Part shown: in pieces, positions 22,101 to 30,874 of the stretch
Numbering within the stretch: position 1 is the stretch's first letter
Layout of the letters: each line of letters opens with the position of its first letter
NCBI GenBank assembly: GCA_963840255.1
Contig: CAWIYB010000003.1
Location: 193,314-257,313, forward strand
Source: an uncultured Chloroflexia bacterium
GTDB lineage: Bacteria > Chloroflexota > Anaerolineae > Anaerolineales > UBA4823
DNA length: 64,000 bases
Direction: 5' to 3'
Program-made: the position numbers and the translations under genes
The notes under the pieces: model-generated
Told to the model about the DNA's origin: nothing
Database searches by the model: none
The model's input: only the letters and a program-made list of their open reading frames with translations

Positions 22101-22586
22101 CAGGCGGATGCCGCCAAAGTGGCGAGCATGTTCGGAGTCAGCCGCAGTCCTGATGGGTTCTTCCTTGAGAAGCACCCCAAGCTGGCACCGGTGGAGACCT
22201 CGACGGAGGGCATTTATATCGCCGGGGCCTGCCAAAGCCCCAAGGATATCCCTGATAGTGTAGCCCAAGCCGGGGGTGCAGCCGCAGCAGCCCTATCCCT
22301 GCTCGACCAGGGGACGATTGCACTTGACCCGTCGGTGGCTTCGGTGAACCTGCTGCGCTGCGCAGGCTGCGGCTTATGTGTCAATGCCTGCCCGTACAGC
22401 GCCATCGAGTTGAAGGAGAGTGTAGCTTCGGTGAATACCTACCTGTGTAAAGGCTGCGGCACCTGCGCCTCAACCTGTCGTGACAAAGCCATCACCTTGA
22501 TCCATTTCGATGACTCACAAATCGTCAACGAGATGATCGGCGCGCTGGCTTTTGAACCGGTTGTTCCCGGGATCCTCAATCAATAG
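19176..22586 (+). CDS. HdrA-like flavoprotein with an in-frame TGA (19767-19769) and an inserted GltD/NfnB-like NAD(P)H-FAD module
   Basis: Track ORFs 19176..19769 and 19785..22586 share a frame, and the junction reads TLDCAA-U-ILTPKMVSVGRHENI. An insertion (about 20055-21480) carries GRVCNRRCEEQC, KKVAIIGAGPAGMTAALDL, RDIAVIGAGDVALDAARV and PGVFVAGDV, resembling the glutamate synthase small subunit. The start overlaps the upstream stop codon (ATGA). Confidence 0.8.
19786..19804 (+). promoter_or_regulatory. candidate bacterial SECIS hairpin for hdrA copy 2
   Basis: The same UGGUGUCC-GUU-GGACGCCA hairpin, also 17 nt after the UGA. Confidence 0.5.
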
Positions 22587-22596
22587 GAGGTGGTGC

Positions 22597-24015
22597 ATGG
22601 CATTTGAACCCAAGATCATCGCCTATCTTTGCACCTGGTGCAGTTACACCGGGGCTGATACAGCAGGCATCGCCCGGTTGAAGTCTCCGGCTAATATTCG
22701 CGATATCCGCGTACCATGTTCTGGGAGGGTCTCCCCTGAGATCATCATGCGCACCTTTGAGCAGGGGGCAGATGGTGTGTTGGTGTTGGGCTGCCACATC
22801 GGCGAGTGCCACTACAATACGGGCAACCACCGGGCAGCCAAGCGCCTGCCTGTTTTACAGGCACTACTGGCTTACGCAGGCCTGGAACCGGAAAGAGTGC
22901 GGTTGGATTGGGTGTCGGCCTCAGAGGGAGAACGTTATTCACGCATCGCCATAGATTTCACCGAGACGGTGCGTGCCCTCGGACCGATCCACTGGAAGGT
23001 GGCCGAGCGAGGGGCACACTTTGTGTGGGAACGCGAGCCGATCAGCCACCGTTATTCGGCTTTCAGTGACGAACAACCAAAGCATGCCGTTTATCACACC
23101 TCCCTCCATGATGAGCAAACCAGCACACTTCAGGCGGCAGCCCGAGAATTACTGACCAATAAACTGGTGGATAGTGTAATCGGGTTCGAAGTTGGTCCCA
23201 GAGGGCGCACACGACCGGCATTCATCCACCAGGCGGAAAATGTGGAGCGACTGGTATGGAACCAGGACTGTACGCATAATCTATCAGCTTATTTAAGTAA
23301 GAAATTAGGCTGGGGCACGGATGGCGGCAAGAAAAAGCAGCCGGACAAGCTGCCGAAGGCGGCAGTAGTGGTGAAACCCTGCGACAGCCGTTCGATCAAT
23401 GTGCTGCTGGCAGAAAACCGCTTCCTGCGTGACCAGGTATACATCATCGGTATGGCGTGTGACGGCATCAGGCAGGGGGCCGGATTCGGCAATGATAAAA
23501 GCGGACCCATCCAAACGCGCTGTGCGGCGTGTAATGTACGCACTCCGGTCATCTATGACACACTGATTGGAGACCCAGAGGCGACTTACCGTGAAATCCC
23601 ACCCGAACATATCTATCCGGGGATAGACCACCTGGAGGCCCTGACACCGGTGGAAAGGATGAACTTTTGGCTCAGCCAGTTCGACCGCTGCATCCGCTGT
23701 TACGCCTGCCGGCAGGCATGCCCGATGTGCGATTGTCCGATCTGCTTGTACGAGCGGGACGATTCGCTGTGGGTGGGGATGGGGATCGACGTCGACGAGA
23801 AGAGGGCATTCCATCTGGGAAGGGCATACCACCTGGCAGGGCGCTGCGTGGGCTGCAATGAGTGCGAACGTGCCTGTCCAATGGATCTACCTCTCAGCCT
23901 GATCCACCGCAAGATGGCCCAGGAGATGGACACCATATTTGGTTTCCGGGCTGGTATGGCGGCAGTACCGCCTCCTTTCGTCACTATCCTGGGCGGAGAG
24001 GAGAACCTCCCATGA
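22597..24015 (+). CDS. MvhD/FlpD-like domain fused to an Fe-S protein
   Basis: The N-terminus KIIAYLCTWCSYTGADTAG...IRVPCSGRV...GADGVLVLGCHIGECHY is MvhD-like. The C-terminus has VVVKPCDSR plus CIRCYACRQACPMCDC and CVGCNECERACP. The ATG at 22597 follows AGGAGG. Confidence 0.8.
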   Translation: MAFEPKIIAYLCTWCSYTGADTAGIARLKSPANIRDIRVPCSGRVSPEIIMRTFEQGADGVLVLGCHIGECHYNTGNHRAAKRLPVLQALLAYAGLEPERVRLDWVSASEGERYSRIAIDFTETVRALGPIHWKVAERGAHFVWEREPISHRYSAFSDEQPKHAVYHTSLHDEQTSTLQAAARELLTNKLVDSVIGFEVGPRGRTRPAFIHQAENVERLVWNQDCTHNLSAYLSKKLGWGTDGGKKKQPDKLPKAAVVVKPCDSRSINVLLAENRFLRDQVYIIGMACDGIRQGAGFGNDKSGPIQTRCAACNVRTPVIYDTLIGDPEATYREIPPEHIYPGIDHLEALTPVERMNFWLSQFDRCIRCYACRQACPMCDCPICLYERDDSLWVGMGIDVDEKRAFHLGRAYHLAGRCVGCNECERACPMDLPLSLIHRKMAQEMDTIFGFRAGMAAVPPPFVTILGGEENLP

Positions 24016-25013
24016 ACTACCTTACCCAACGGGAGTTAGCCACCTGGCTCGACCACCTGGCGACGGAACAAACCCTGATTGCCCCGCTTAATATTGCCGG
24101 TAACATCCTTTACCGACCGGTGCCAGATACCCGGGAAGTAGTATGGGATTTTGTGCGATCTTTTATGTCAGTCAAGGATGCTTTCTTCCCTCCCACCGAG
24201 CGATTGATGCTGATCGAAAAGATGAATGGACAGGTGAAGCTGACTGAAACCCTGCCGGAGGGTGAGGCGATCATCTTCGGAGTGCGCCCTTGCGATGCAC
24301 GCGGACTGCTCACACTGGATGCGTTGTTCATCGAGAATGAACCCGTGGACCCGTATTATGCCCGCCGGAGAGAAAACACCACCCTGATTGGACTGACTTG
24401 CCAATCGGTGGGCGCCAGCTGTTTTTGCACCAATGTGGGGGGAGCACCAGATGACCCCACCGGGATGGATATCATGCTAACCGCTGCAAATGGTGGTTTT
24501 GTGGCTGAGATCATCACTGAGAAAGGCGAGAAGATCAGCAAAAAGTTCCCTGTATTCGATGGGTTATCTGAGATCCGTCCGCACCCCACGCATGCCAGGA
24601 AACGTGAGTTATCGGTGCCTGCAAAGGAAGTGTGGCCTGCCAGGTTTAATGATGACTATTGGGCCGAGTTAGCTGAACGCTGCCTCAGCTGCCGCATCTG
24701 CGCCTATGTATGCCCCAGCTGCCGCTGTTTCGACGTGCGCGATGAAGCCCTTCCGGGTGGGAATGGACAGAACCAGTCCGAGCGGATCCGCTGTTGGGAT
24801 TCATGCAACGGCATCCCCTACCGGCGGGTAGCAGGCGGTCACAACCCACGCTTTATGAAGAACCAACGGCTGCGCAACCGCTTCTTCTGCAAATTCTATT
24901 ATTTCCCATTGCACTACGGACCCGTCTCGTGCACAGGCTGTGGGCGCTGCATCGATGCCTGCCCGGTGAATGTGGATATCACCGAGGTACTGGTGCACGT
25001 GAGCAGGAGGTAA
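24012..25013 (+). CDS. Fe-S subunit resembling AsrA / sulfhydrogenase beta
   Basis: IFGVRPCDARGL, CLSCRICAYVCPSCRCF and CTGCGRCIDACP. The start overlaps the upstream stop codon (ATGA). Confidence 0.7.
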   Translation: MNYLTQRELATWLDHLATEQTLIAPLNIAGNILYRPVPDTREVVWDFVRSFMSVKDAFFPPTERLMLIEKMNGQVKLTETLPEGEAIIFGVRPCDARGLLTLDALFIENEPVDPYYARRRENTTLIGLTCQSVGASCFCTNVGGAPDDPTGMDIMLTAANGGFVAEIITEKGEKISKKFPVFDGLSEIRPHPTHARKRELSVPAKEVWPARFNDDYWAELAERCLSCRICAYVCPSCRCFDVRDEALPGGNGQNQSERIRCWDSCNGIPYRRVAGGHNPRFMKNQRLRNRFFCKFYYFPLHYGPVSCTGCGRCIDACPVNVDITEVLVHVSRR

Positions 25014-25016
25014 GCG

Positions 25017-25868
25017 ATGAGCGATAAACTGGTTAACAACCCCATGTTGCCTTACCTGGGTAAACTGGTGGAGGTGAAAGACATCGCCACCGAGATCAAG
25101 CTGTTTCGGATTGAAATGCTCAACGGGGGTTGCGAAGCCTTCCATGATTACAAGCCCGGGCAGTTTGCCTTCGTGTCAGCCTTTGGAGTGGGCGAGGCAC
25201 CCTTCGGGATTGCCAACATCCCCAATAATGGTGATGCAACCCTCGATTTCGCCATCAACCGCCTGGGCTCAGTGACCACTGACCTGCATGAGCTGGGAGT
25301 GGGTGACATGGTGGGGGTGCGCGGTCCGATGGGTAACGGCTTCCCGATGGACAAGTTCAAGGGGAAAAACCTGGTAGTGATTGGTGGAGGCATAGGTGGT
25401 GCACCTTTACGTCCGGTAATCCAAACGGTGATGGCTAACCGGGGCGATTATGGAGACTTCCTCATCCTATGGGCAGCGCGCAACCCATCCCTATTGGTGT
25501 TCACCGATGAATACGACCAGTGGCGGGCAACTCCTAACTCCGAGCTACACCTGACGGTTGACCAGGCTGACAGCACCTGGACTGAGGGCGTGGGGTTGAT
25601 CACCCAGCTGCTGGAGAAGGTGGCTCCCTCGCCGCGCAACACGATCACCATTACCTGCGGACCGCCGATCATGATCCACTTCGTCAACCGGGTGCTGGTG
25701 GAAAAGCTGAACTTCAAACCTGAGCAGAATTACGTCACATTGGAAGCGCGCATGCACTGTGGGATCGGCAAGTGCGGGCGCTGCAACCTGGGCACCAAGC
25801 TGGTGTGCGTGGATGGACCGGTGTTCACCATGGCGGAAGTGGGAGCGTTACTGGAAAGCTTCCTGTAG
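25017..25868 (+). CDS. FAD/NAD(P)-binding oxidoreductase with a C-terminal [2Fe-2S] motif (AsrB/HydG/PyrK-like)
   Basis: KPGQFAFVS, GPMGNGF, LVVIGGGIGGAPLRP and C-terminal CGIGKCGRC. Confidence 0.8.
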   Translation: MSDKLVNNPMLPYLGKLVEVKDIATEIKLFRIEMLNGGCEAFHDYKPGQFAFVSAFGVGEAPFGIANIPNNGDATLDFAINRLGSVTTDLHELGVGDMVGVRGPMGNGFPMDKFKGKNLVVIGGGIGGAPLRPVIQTVMANRGDYGDFLILWAARNPSLLVFTDEYDQWRATPNSELHLTVDQADSTWTEGVGLITQLLEKVAPSPRNTITITCGPPIMIHFVNRVLVEKLNFKPEQNYVTLEARMHCGIGKCGRCNLGTKLVCVDGPVFTMAEVGALLESFL

Positions 25869-26012
25869 ATATAGATATACTTTCATAACTGGCTTGTCTT
25901 AAGTTATTAGGACCTGCCAGTTTTATTTTTAACAACACAGGCAAGAAAACCAGCGATAAGACGAAAATCTGGGGTAGAATTCTCCGCAACCTGAGTCTGA
26001 ATGGAGCCGCGC

Positions 26013-26345
26013 ATGGCTTACAACCAACAACTCGCTGAGCGCATCCGTATTGCGCTGCAAGCTTACCCAACCATCGTCGAGAAGAAAATGTTCGGGGGAG
26101 TAGGTTTTATGCTCAACGGCAACCTGGCGTGTGGCGTGCAGGGAGAGGACATGATCGTGCGGGTGGGTGTCGATCATAATGATGCGGCATTAGCCCAACC
26201 CCACGTGCGTCCTTTTATGGTCATGCCTGGGAAGCCCATGGCAGGTTGGGTGCTGGTAGCTCCTGAAGGCACCACGATCGATCAAGACCTCGAGAGCTGG
26301 GTTCAAGCCGGGTATGATTATGCCTCCAGCCTGCCAAAAAAGTAA
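26013..26345 (+). CDS. TfoX N-terminal domain family protein
   Basis: KKMFGGVGFMLNGNLACGVQGEDMIVRV...MAGWVLV pattern. Confidence 0.65.
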   Translation: MAYNQQLAERIRIALQAYPTIVEKKMFGGVGFMLNGNLACGVQGEDMIVRVGVDHNDAALAQPHVRPFMVMPGKPMAGWVLVAPEGTTIDQDLESWVQAGYDYASSLPKK

Positions 26346-26379
26346 TGCGCATACTCCTGCTCCATAAACTTACAGGGCG

Positions 26380-27270
26380 ATGAAGGGTTCAATGAAGTAC
26401 CAGGGATATTGGCTGGTGTTGGTGGCTGCCTGCCTGTGGGGCACCAACGGCACCGCCCAGGCACTGGCACCACCCGGAGCGCAACCCATCATTATCGGCA
26501 CGCTGCGCATCGCCGTGGGTGGGCTGACCTTGCTGGCAATCGCACTGATGCGAGGAACCCTGCGTGATGGGAAACCCTGGTCGTTCTGGCCGACCCTGGC
26601 GGGGGCAGTGAGTATGGCGGCATACCAGCTCTTTTTCTTCGCCGGAGTGGCACGTGCGGGTGTGGCTGTAGGCACCATCGTGGGGATCGGCAGCACACCG
26701 ATCCTGGCAGGTTTGATCGGATTCATCGTGCGAGGCGAGCGCCCCAGCCGGCGTTGGGGAATTGCCACCTTGCTGGGGATCATTGGCTGTGCGCTACTGG
26801 TGGCGGTGGGCGAGAAAATCAATATCGACCCATATGGCATCTTCCTGGCGATCTGTGCGGGGGGTTCATATGCCATTTTTACCACAGTCAGTAAAGGCTT
26901 GATCGAAACCCATTCGCCCGAGTCGGTGATGGCAGTCACTTTCTGCCTGGGAGCCTGCTTCGTGCTGCCGCTGTTGTTCAAGGCCAACCTGGACTGGCTG
27001 AAGGAACCGGCAGGAGTGCTGGTGGTGCTGCACCTGGGTGTGATCACCGCTGGATTGGCGTATACCCTGTTTGCACGCGGGCTGCGCCTGGTGCCGGTGG
27101 CTACCGCCGCCAGCCTCACCCTGGGGGAGCCGCTGACTGCGGGAATATTGGGGGTGGTATTCCTGCATGAAACATTAACCATGGCGGGTGCTTTCGGAAT
27201 CTTTTTGATATTTGCCGGGCTGGTGGTGTTGGTGACGGAAAGATTAGAACCCAATATCTTACCCACCTGA
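26380..27270 (+). CDS. EamA/DMT family transporter
   Basis: About ten hydrophobic segments in two similar halves. The antisense 306-aa ORF is a shadow. Confidence 0.75.
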   Translation: MKGSMKYQGYWLVLVAACLWGTNGTAQALAPPGAQPIIIGTLRIAVGGLTLLAIALMRGTLRDGKPWSFWPTLAGAVSMAAYQLFFFAGVARAGVAVGTIVGIGSTPILAGLIGFIVRGERPSRRWGIATLLGIIGCALLVAVGEKINIDPYGIFLAICAGGSYAIFTTVSKGLIETHSPESVMAVTFCLGACFVLPLLFKANLDWLKEPAGVLVVLHLGVITAGLAYTLFARGLRLVPVATAASLTLGEPLTAGILGVVFLHETLTMAGAFGIFLIFAGLVVLVTERLEPNILPT

Positions 27271-27329
27271 GTGGGCTGTCCCGAATTCAAGGCTGAAAAC
27301 CTTTACTAAAAACGACATATTGAACAAGG

Positions 27330-28484
27330 TCATTCGCCTTTATAGATACGCGGCACGCGGGTGTTGATATTGGTCAGGATTTCGTATGGGATGGTACCAG
27401 CCCAGCTCGCCAAATCTTCGCAGGTGATCGACTCAGTACCCGATTCTCCGATCAGGATGACCTCGTCGTCGTTATAACCGCTATCCCACTCAATATTGAT
27501 CACGATCTGGTCCATGGATATGCGCCCAACCACCGGGTATTTTTTACCGCGCAGGAGCACGCTGGCTTTATGCGACATGCTGCGGAAGTAGCCGTCACCA
27601 TAACCCACCGGGGCAGTGACCGCCCGCACCATATGATCGGATTGCCAGGTGGAACCATATCCCACCGGGTGCCCAGGCAGGATGACTTTGAAATACACCA
27701 CGCGGCTTTTCCAGCTGAGAGCAGGGCGGACGATGACTGAATGCGGGATCTCAAAGGACGGATAAACTCCATAAAGGAGCAGCCCGGGTCGGACGAGATC
27801 AAATTTGGCTTCGGGTAGCTGAAGGATGGCGGGGGAGTTCGACATATGCCGCAGAGGTGGGAGCGGCAAGCTGTGCTTTTCAAAGTAAAAAAGCACTTCC
27901 TGGAAGCGATCAAGCTGGACACGAGCATCATGCAGGTCGGGCTGGTCGGCATTGGCAAAATGCGAATAGATGCCTTCCAGGTTGATCGATCTACATCTGA
28001 GGGCAGTCTCCAGGAAATCGTGGGCGTGGTAATAATGTACCCCGATGCGCTCCATGCCTGTGTCTATCTTCAGGTGAACTTTAGCCTTAACTCCCATTTG
28101 GGCAGCTATATCATCCACCTGGGAGAGTTTATCGATGGAGGAGGCGGTGATGGTCAGGTCATATTTCAGGAAACCCGGCACCTGGTTGCCCAGGATGCCT
28201 CCCAAGACCAGGATGGGGATACGGATGCCATTTTCACGCAGCAGGATGCCCTCTTCCAAGACGGCCACACCGATGTAATCGGCTCCAAGCGATTCCATCA
28301 GCTGCGCCACGCGCAATAGTCCATGACCATAAGCGTTTGCTTTAAGGATGGGCATCACCCTGGCAGGAGAGACGTGCTGGCGGATGGCGGTGAAGTTGTC
28401 TGAAAGGCGGGTTAAGTCCACCTCCACCAGGGTTGGGCGGACGATGTCATTGGAGCTGATGGTGGGGTCATTGATGGATGGCAT
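27330..28484 (-). CDS. alr: alanine racemase
   Basis: VMPILKANAYGHGL (PLP-binding Lys motif), GIRIPILVLGG and YGDGY. Start is uncertain: ATG at 28484 versus TTG at 28541. Confidence 0.88.
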   Translation of the reverse strand: MPSINDPTISSNDIVRPTLVEVDLTRLSDNFTAIRQHVSPARVMPILKANAYGHGLLRVAQLMESLGADYIGVAVLEEGILLRENGIRIPILVLGGILGNQVPGFLKYDLTITASSIDKLSQVDDIAAQMGVKAKVHLKIDTGMERIGVHYYHAHDFLETALRCRSINLEGIYSHFANADQPDLHDARVQLDRFQEVLFYFEKHSLPLPPLRHMSNSPAILQLPEAKFDLVRPGLLLYGVYPSFEIPHSVIVRPALSWKSRVVYFKVILPGHPVGYGSTWQSDHMVRAVTAPVGYGDGYFRSMSHKASVLLRGKKYPVVGRISMDQIVINIEWDSGYNDDEVILIGESGTESITCEDLASWAGTIPYEILTNINTRVPRIYKGE

Positions 28485-28596
28485 TGGAACAAAATCCAGA
28501 GTCGAAGGATCTCCTTCACTCAATCTAAAGTATACCAACAAATCGACAGCGAGCAGATGACGGGCAACTGCTCGCTGTATCTATATTACCAATTTA

Positions 28597-29436
28597 CTAC
28601 GGGGTCGGGGTTATCGGGTTGGGGGTAACCGGGTTGAGAATTCCTTCGATGATCTTTTGGAAGGCATCAAAAGGCTGCGCGCCAGTAACACCCTGACCAT
28701 TGACGGCAAATGTGGGTGTGGATTGAACACCCAATTCACGTGCCCTGCTGGTCTGGTCCTGGACGAACTGGGTGTATTTGCCTGAGTCAAGGCAGGTGTT
28801 GAAAGCTTTGGTATCCAATCCCATGGCAACTGCAAACCCTTTCAGGTTGTCTTTGCTGAATGACCCCTGGTTCTCACCATTTTGGTGGGAGAAAAGATAA
28901 TCGTGGTATTCCCAGAAGGCATCCTGATCTCCGGCACACTCAGCTGCTTCAGCTGACCACACCGATTCATCACCCAGGAAGGCGAAGTTAAAATACCCAA
29001 GACGTACCTTGCCTGTATCTACGTATGTTGTTTGTATCTGACGACCCGCGTCAGCGGCGAAACGCCCGCAGTAGGGTCACTGATAGTCGCTAAATTCGAT
29101 AATGGTGACCTTGGCGTTGGGGTCGCCCTCGAAGTGGGTGGTGTTGCTCACCAGGTAAGCCATCAGCTCATCACTGGTGGTAATGGCTGCCACGGTTGGG
29201 TTGACTGTGGGTGTTGGGCCGGAAGCCACGTCAGCCTGAAGTGTAGCCGCTGAGGTTGCCACGGGCGTAGTCACAGCTGCGACTTCTCCGGTGGGGTCAG
29301 CATTCTTATTCAATAACGGGCGACCAAGATAGCCTACCAATAACCCAACCACCAGCATGATCACAGCCAGAGCTGGAGTCCACCATGACTGGATGATTAC
29401 GGTCAGGGCAGGCTTTTGTCCTTGAGGTTGGTCCAT
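28597..29436 (-). CDS. DsbA/BdbD-like thiol:disulfide oxidoreductase with an in-frame TGA (29077-29079) at the first position of the CxxC motif
   Basis: Track ORFs 29077..29436 and 28597..28962 share a frame. Hand translation across the gap has no other stop codon and reads VTIIEFSDYQ-U-PYCGRFAADAGRQIQTTYVDTGKVRLGYFNFAFLGDESVWSAEAAECAG... An N-terminal TM anchor and a PT tail are present. Confidence 0.7.
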
Positions 29437-29774
29437 GATTAATTTTGCTCCTTTTACTAGAATGCGGTCAATTTTATCATATCCCTAGAGGGATTCACGC
29501 CAGGAGGGAGGTGATGAGGAATGTTCCGGGCTGATAAGAAACAGGGCGTTTATTCTCCGCGAATGGCTGGATATCGATTCGTTCGGTAAAAAAAACGAAG
29601 AGGAACGACCCGATTTTTCAAGATCACAGCATGGAATTGTTTCAACAAAAAAATAATTCGGAACAATTCGGGGGAACCAGGAGAAGGTAATCATACGGAG
29701 AAGACCACTCGGTATCCGGGGCAAGCCATACCAAGCCAGAAGGAGCAGGCTCGGCTATAAGACCAGGTAGATTG

Positions 29775-29822
29775 GGTAATTAGGTAATTAGGTAATTAGG
29801 TAATTAGGTAATTAGGTAATTG
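29775..29822. repeat. tandem 8-mer GGTAATTA, about 6 copies
   Basis: Read directly from the sequence. The last copy is GGTAATTG. Confidence 0.95.
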
Positions 29823-29862
29823 GTACATTAGAGTAGGGGTGAGCATCTATACCGTGGAAGAT

Positions 29863-29930
29863 CATTATCGGTATAGAAATGCATATCGGTATAGAATCAT
29901 ATCGGTCAGAGATCATATCGGTATAGATCA
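29863..29930. repeat. about four tandem 16-nt units of the type CATATCGGTATAGAAT
   Basis: cattATCGGTATAGAaatg / catATCGGTATAGAat / catATCGGTcAGAgat / catATCGGTATAGAt. Confidence 0.85.
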
Positions 29931-30036
29931 ACCGATACAGGAGGGCACTTACCGATACAGGAGGGCACTGACCGATACAGGAGAGCACTGACCGATACAG
30001 GAGAGCACTGACCAGATACAGAAGGAGAGCACTTCC
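29931..30036. repeat. four exact-length 20-nt tandem units ACCGATACAGGAG(G/A)GCACT(T/G) plus one degenerate unit
   Basis: Units lie at 29931, 29951, 29971 and 29991, with a degenerate copy at 30011-30036. The CCGATAC core is the reverse complement of the upstream ATCGG repeat core. Confidence 0.9.
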
Positions 30037-30400
30037 TTACGGTAAAGACCATACTGGTATACGACTGCCTTTTACGGATACAACCCAATCGGTACAGAAG
30101 ACCACTGATTGATGTCTGTAGATTGGCACCTATACCGGTAAAGACCATACGGGTATACGGACATTACTTATCTGAAATGATAAAATGAAGATGTCCTAAC
30201 ATCGGTACAGACCAACCGATGTGGAAGAATAAGCACTTCCATTATAGCACATAAGTTCTAATCTCACAAGAGGGTTAAGAAGATTTAAGGAAAGCGTAGA
30301 GTAACGGGTAGCGATCAGAATATGATCCCTTCGATGTATGACCAACTGGTTTTACCTGATTTATGCTATATTTAGCATCATTGTCGCAGCTGGCATCACC

Positions 30401-30422
30401 GAGACGCCCGGTGGGGCGTCTC
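30401..30422. repeat. REP-like palindrome, family A
   Basis: GAGACGCCC-ggtg-GGGCGTCTC. Confidence 0.8.
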
Positions 30423-30442
30423 TACCAGGAGGAATTCACCTT

Positions 30443-30874
30443 GTGACCATTTCTCCTCCAAAATATAAGAATAAATATCGAATTGCGTCCAGCAGGTTGA
30501 AGGGTTGGGATTACACTGCTGTGGGGTGGTATTTCATTACGATTTGTAACCGCGCCCGGATTCCGTTTTTTGGGGAGATTGAAGATGGTGATGTTCGTCG
30601 ATCACCCCTGGGTAAGATTGCTCTACAGTGCTGGATAGAGATACCCAACCATTTTTCGCAGGCTTCATTAGATGAATTTATCATCATGCCCAATCATGTG
30701 CACGGTATCATTGTGATCGATGTACCCGAAATTCGTGAGGGTACGGTAGAGACGCAGCATGCTGCGTCTCTACCCAACGAGCTGGGAGACCATTCCCTCG
30801 TGCCTCGGGACAGGTTAGGCAGCAATGCGATCACGACCAGCAGCAGCGGGAGATGGTATCAAGGTGGAAACTGA
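30443..30874 (+). mobile_element. REP-associated tyrosine transposase (RAYT / IS200-like HUH) gene, apparently truncated at the C-terminus
   Basis: KYKNKYRIASSRLKGWDYTAVGWYFITICNRARIPFFGEI...FIIMPNHVHGIIVI (HUH motif). No C-terminal catalytic-Tyr helix is visible before the stop codon. The GTG at 30443 follows AGGAGG; the track start at 30338 reads through a REP hairpin. Confidence 0.6.
30746..30773. repeat. REP-like palindrome, family A, inside the RAYT coding sequence
   Basis: A perfect 28-nt palindrome GTAGAGACGCAGCATGCTGCGTCTCTAC, which encodes VETQHAASL. Confidence 0.9.

Noticed and set aside
21633-22268. 211-aa minus-strand ORF. Similar antisense ORFs lie in 17298-25757 and 59632-60382.
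   Set aside because: These are antisense shadows of the Hdr/Flox-like genes and of the hydrogenase large subunit. None has motifs.
26370-27290. 306-aa minus-strand ORF.
   Set aside because: It is exactly antisense to the DMT transporter gene. Its Pro/Ala/Arg-rich, low-complexity translation is typical of a shadow ORF in G+C-rich DNA.
29931-30036. Possible CRISPR array, suggested by regular 20-nt repeats.
   Set aside because: The units are directly contiguous with no spacers, are only 20 nt long, and there are no cas genes nearby. This is a tandem repeat, not CRISPR.
29906-30148. 80-aa minus-strand ORF, together with the 79-aa ORF at 29485..29724.
   Set aside because: The first lies inside the tandem-repeat array, and its translation simply reiterates the repeat. 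The second has no RBS or homology cues.
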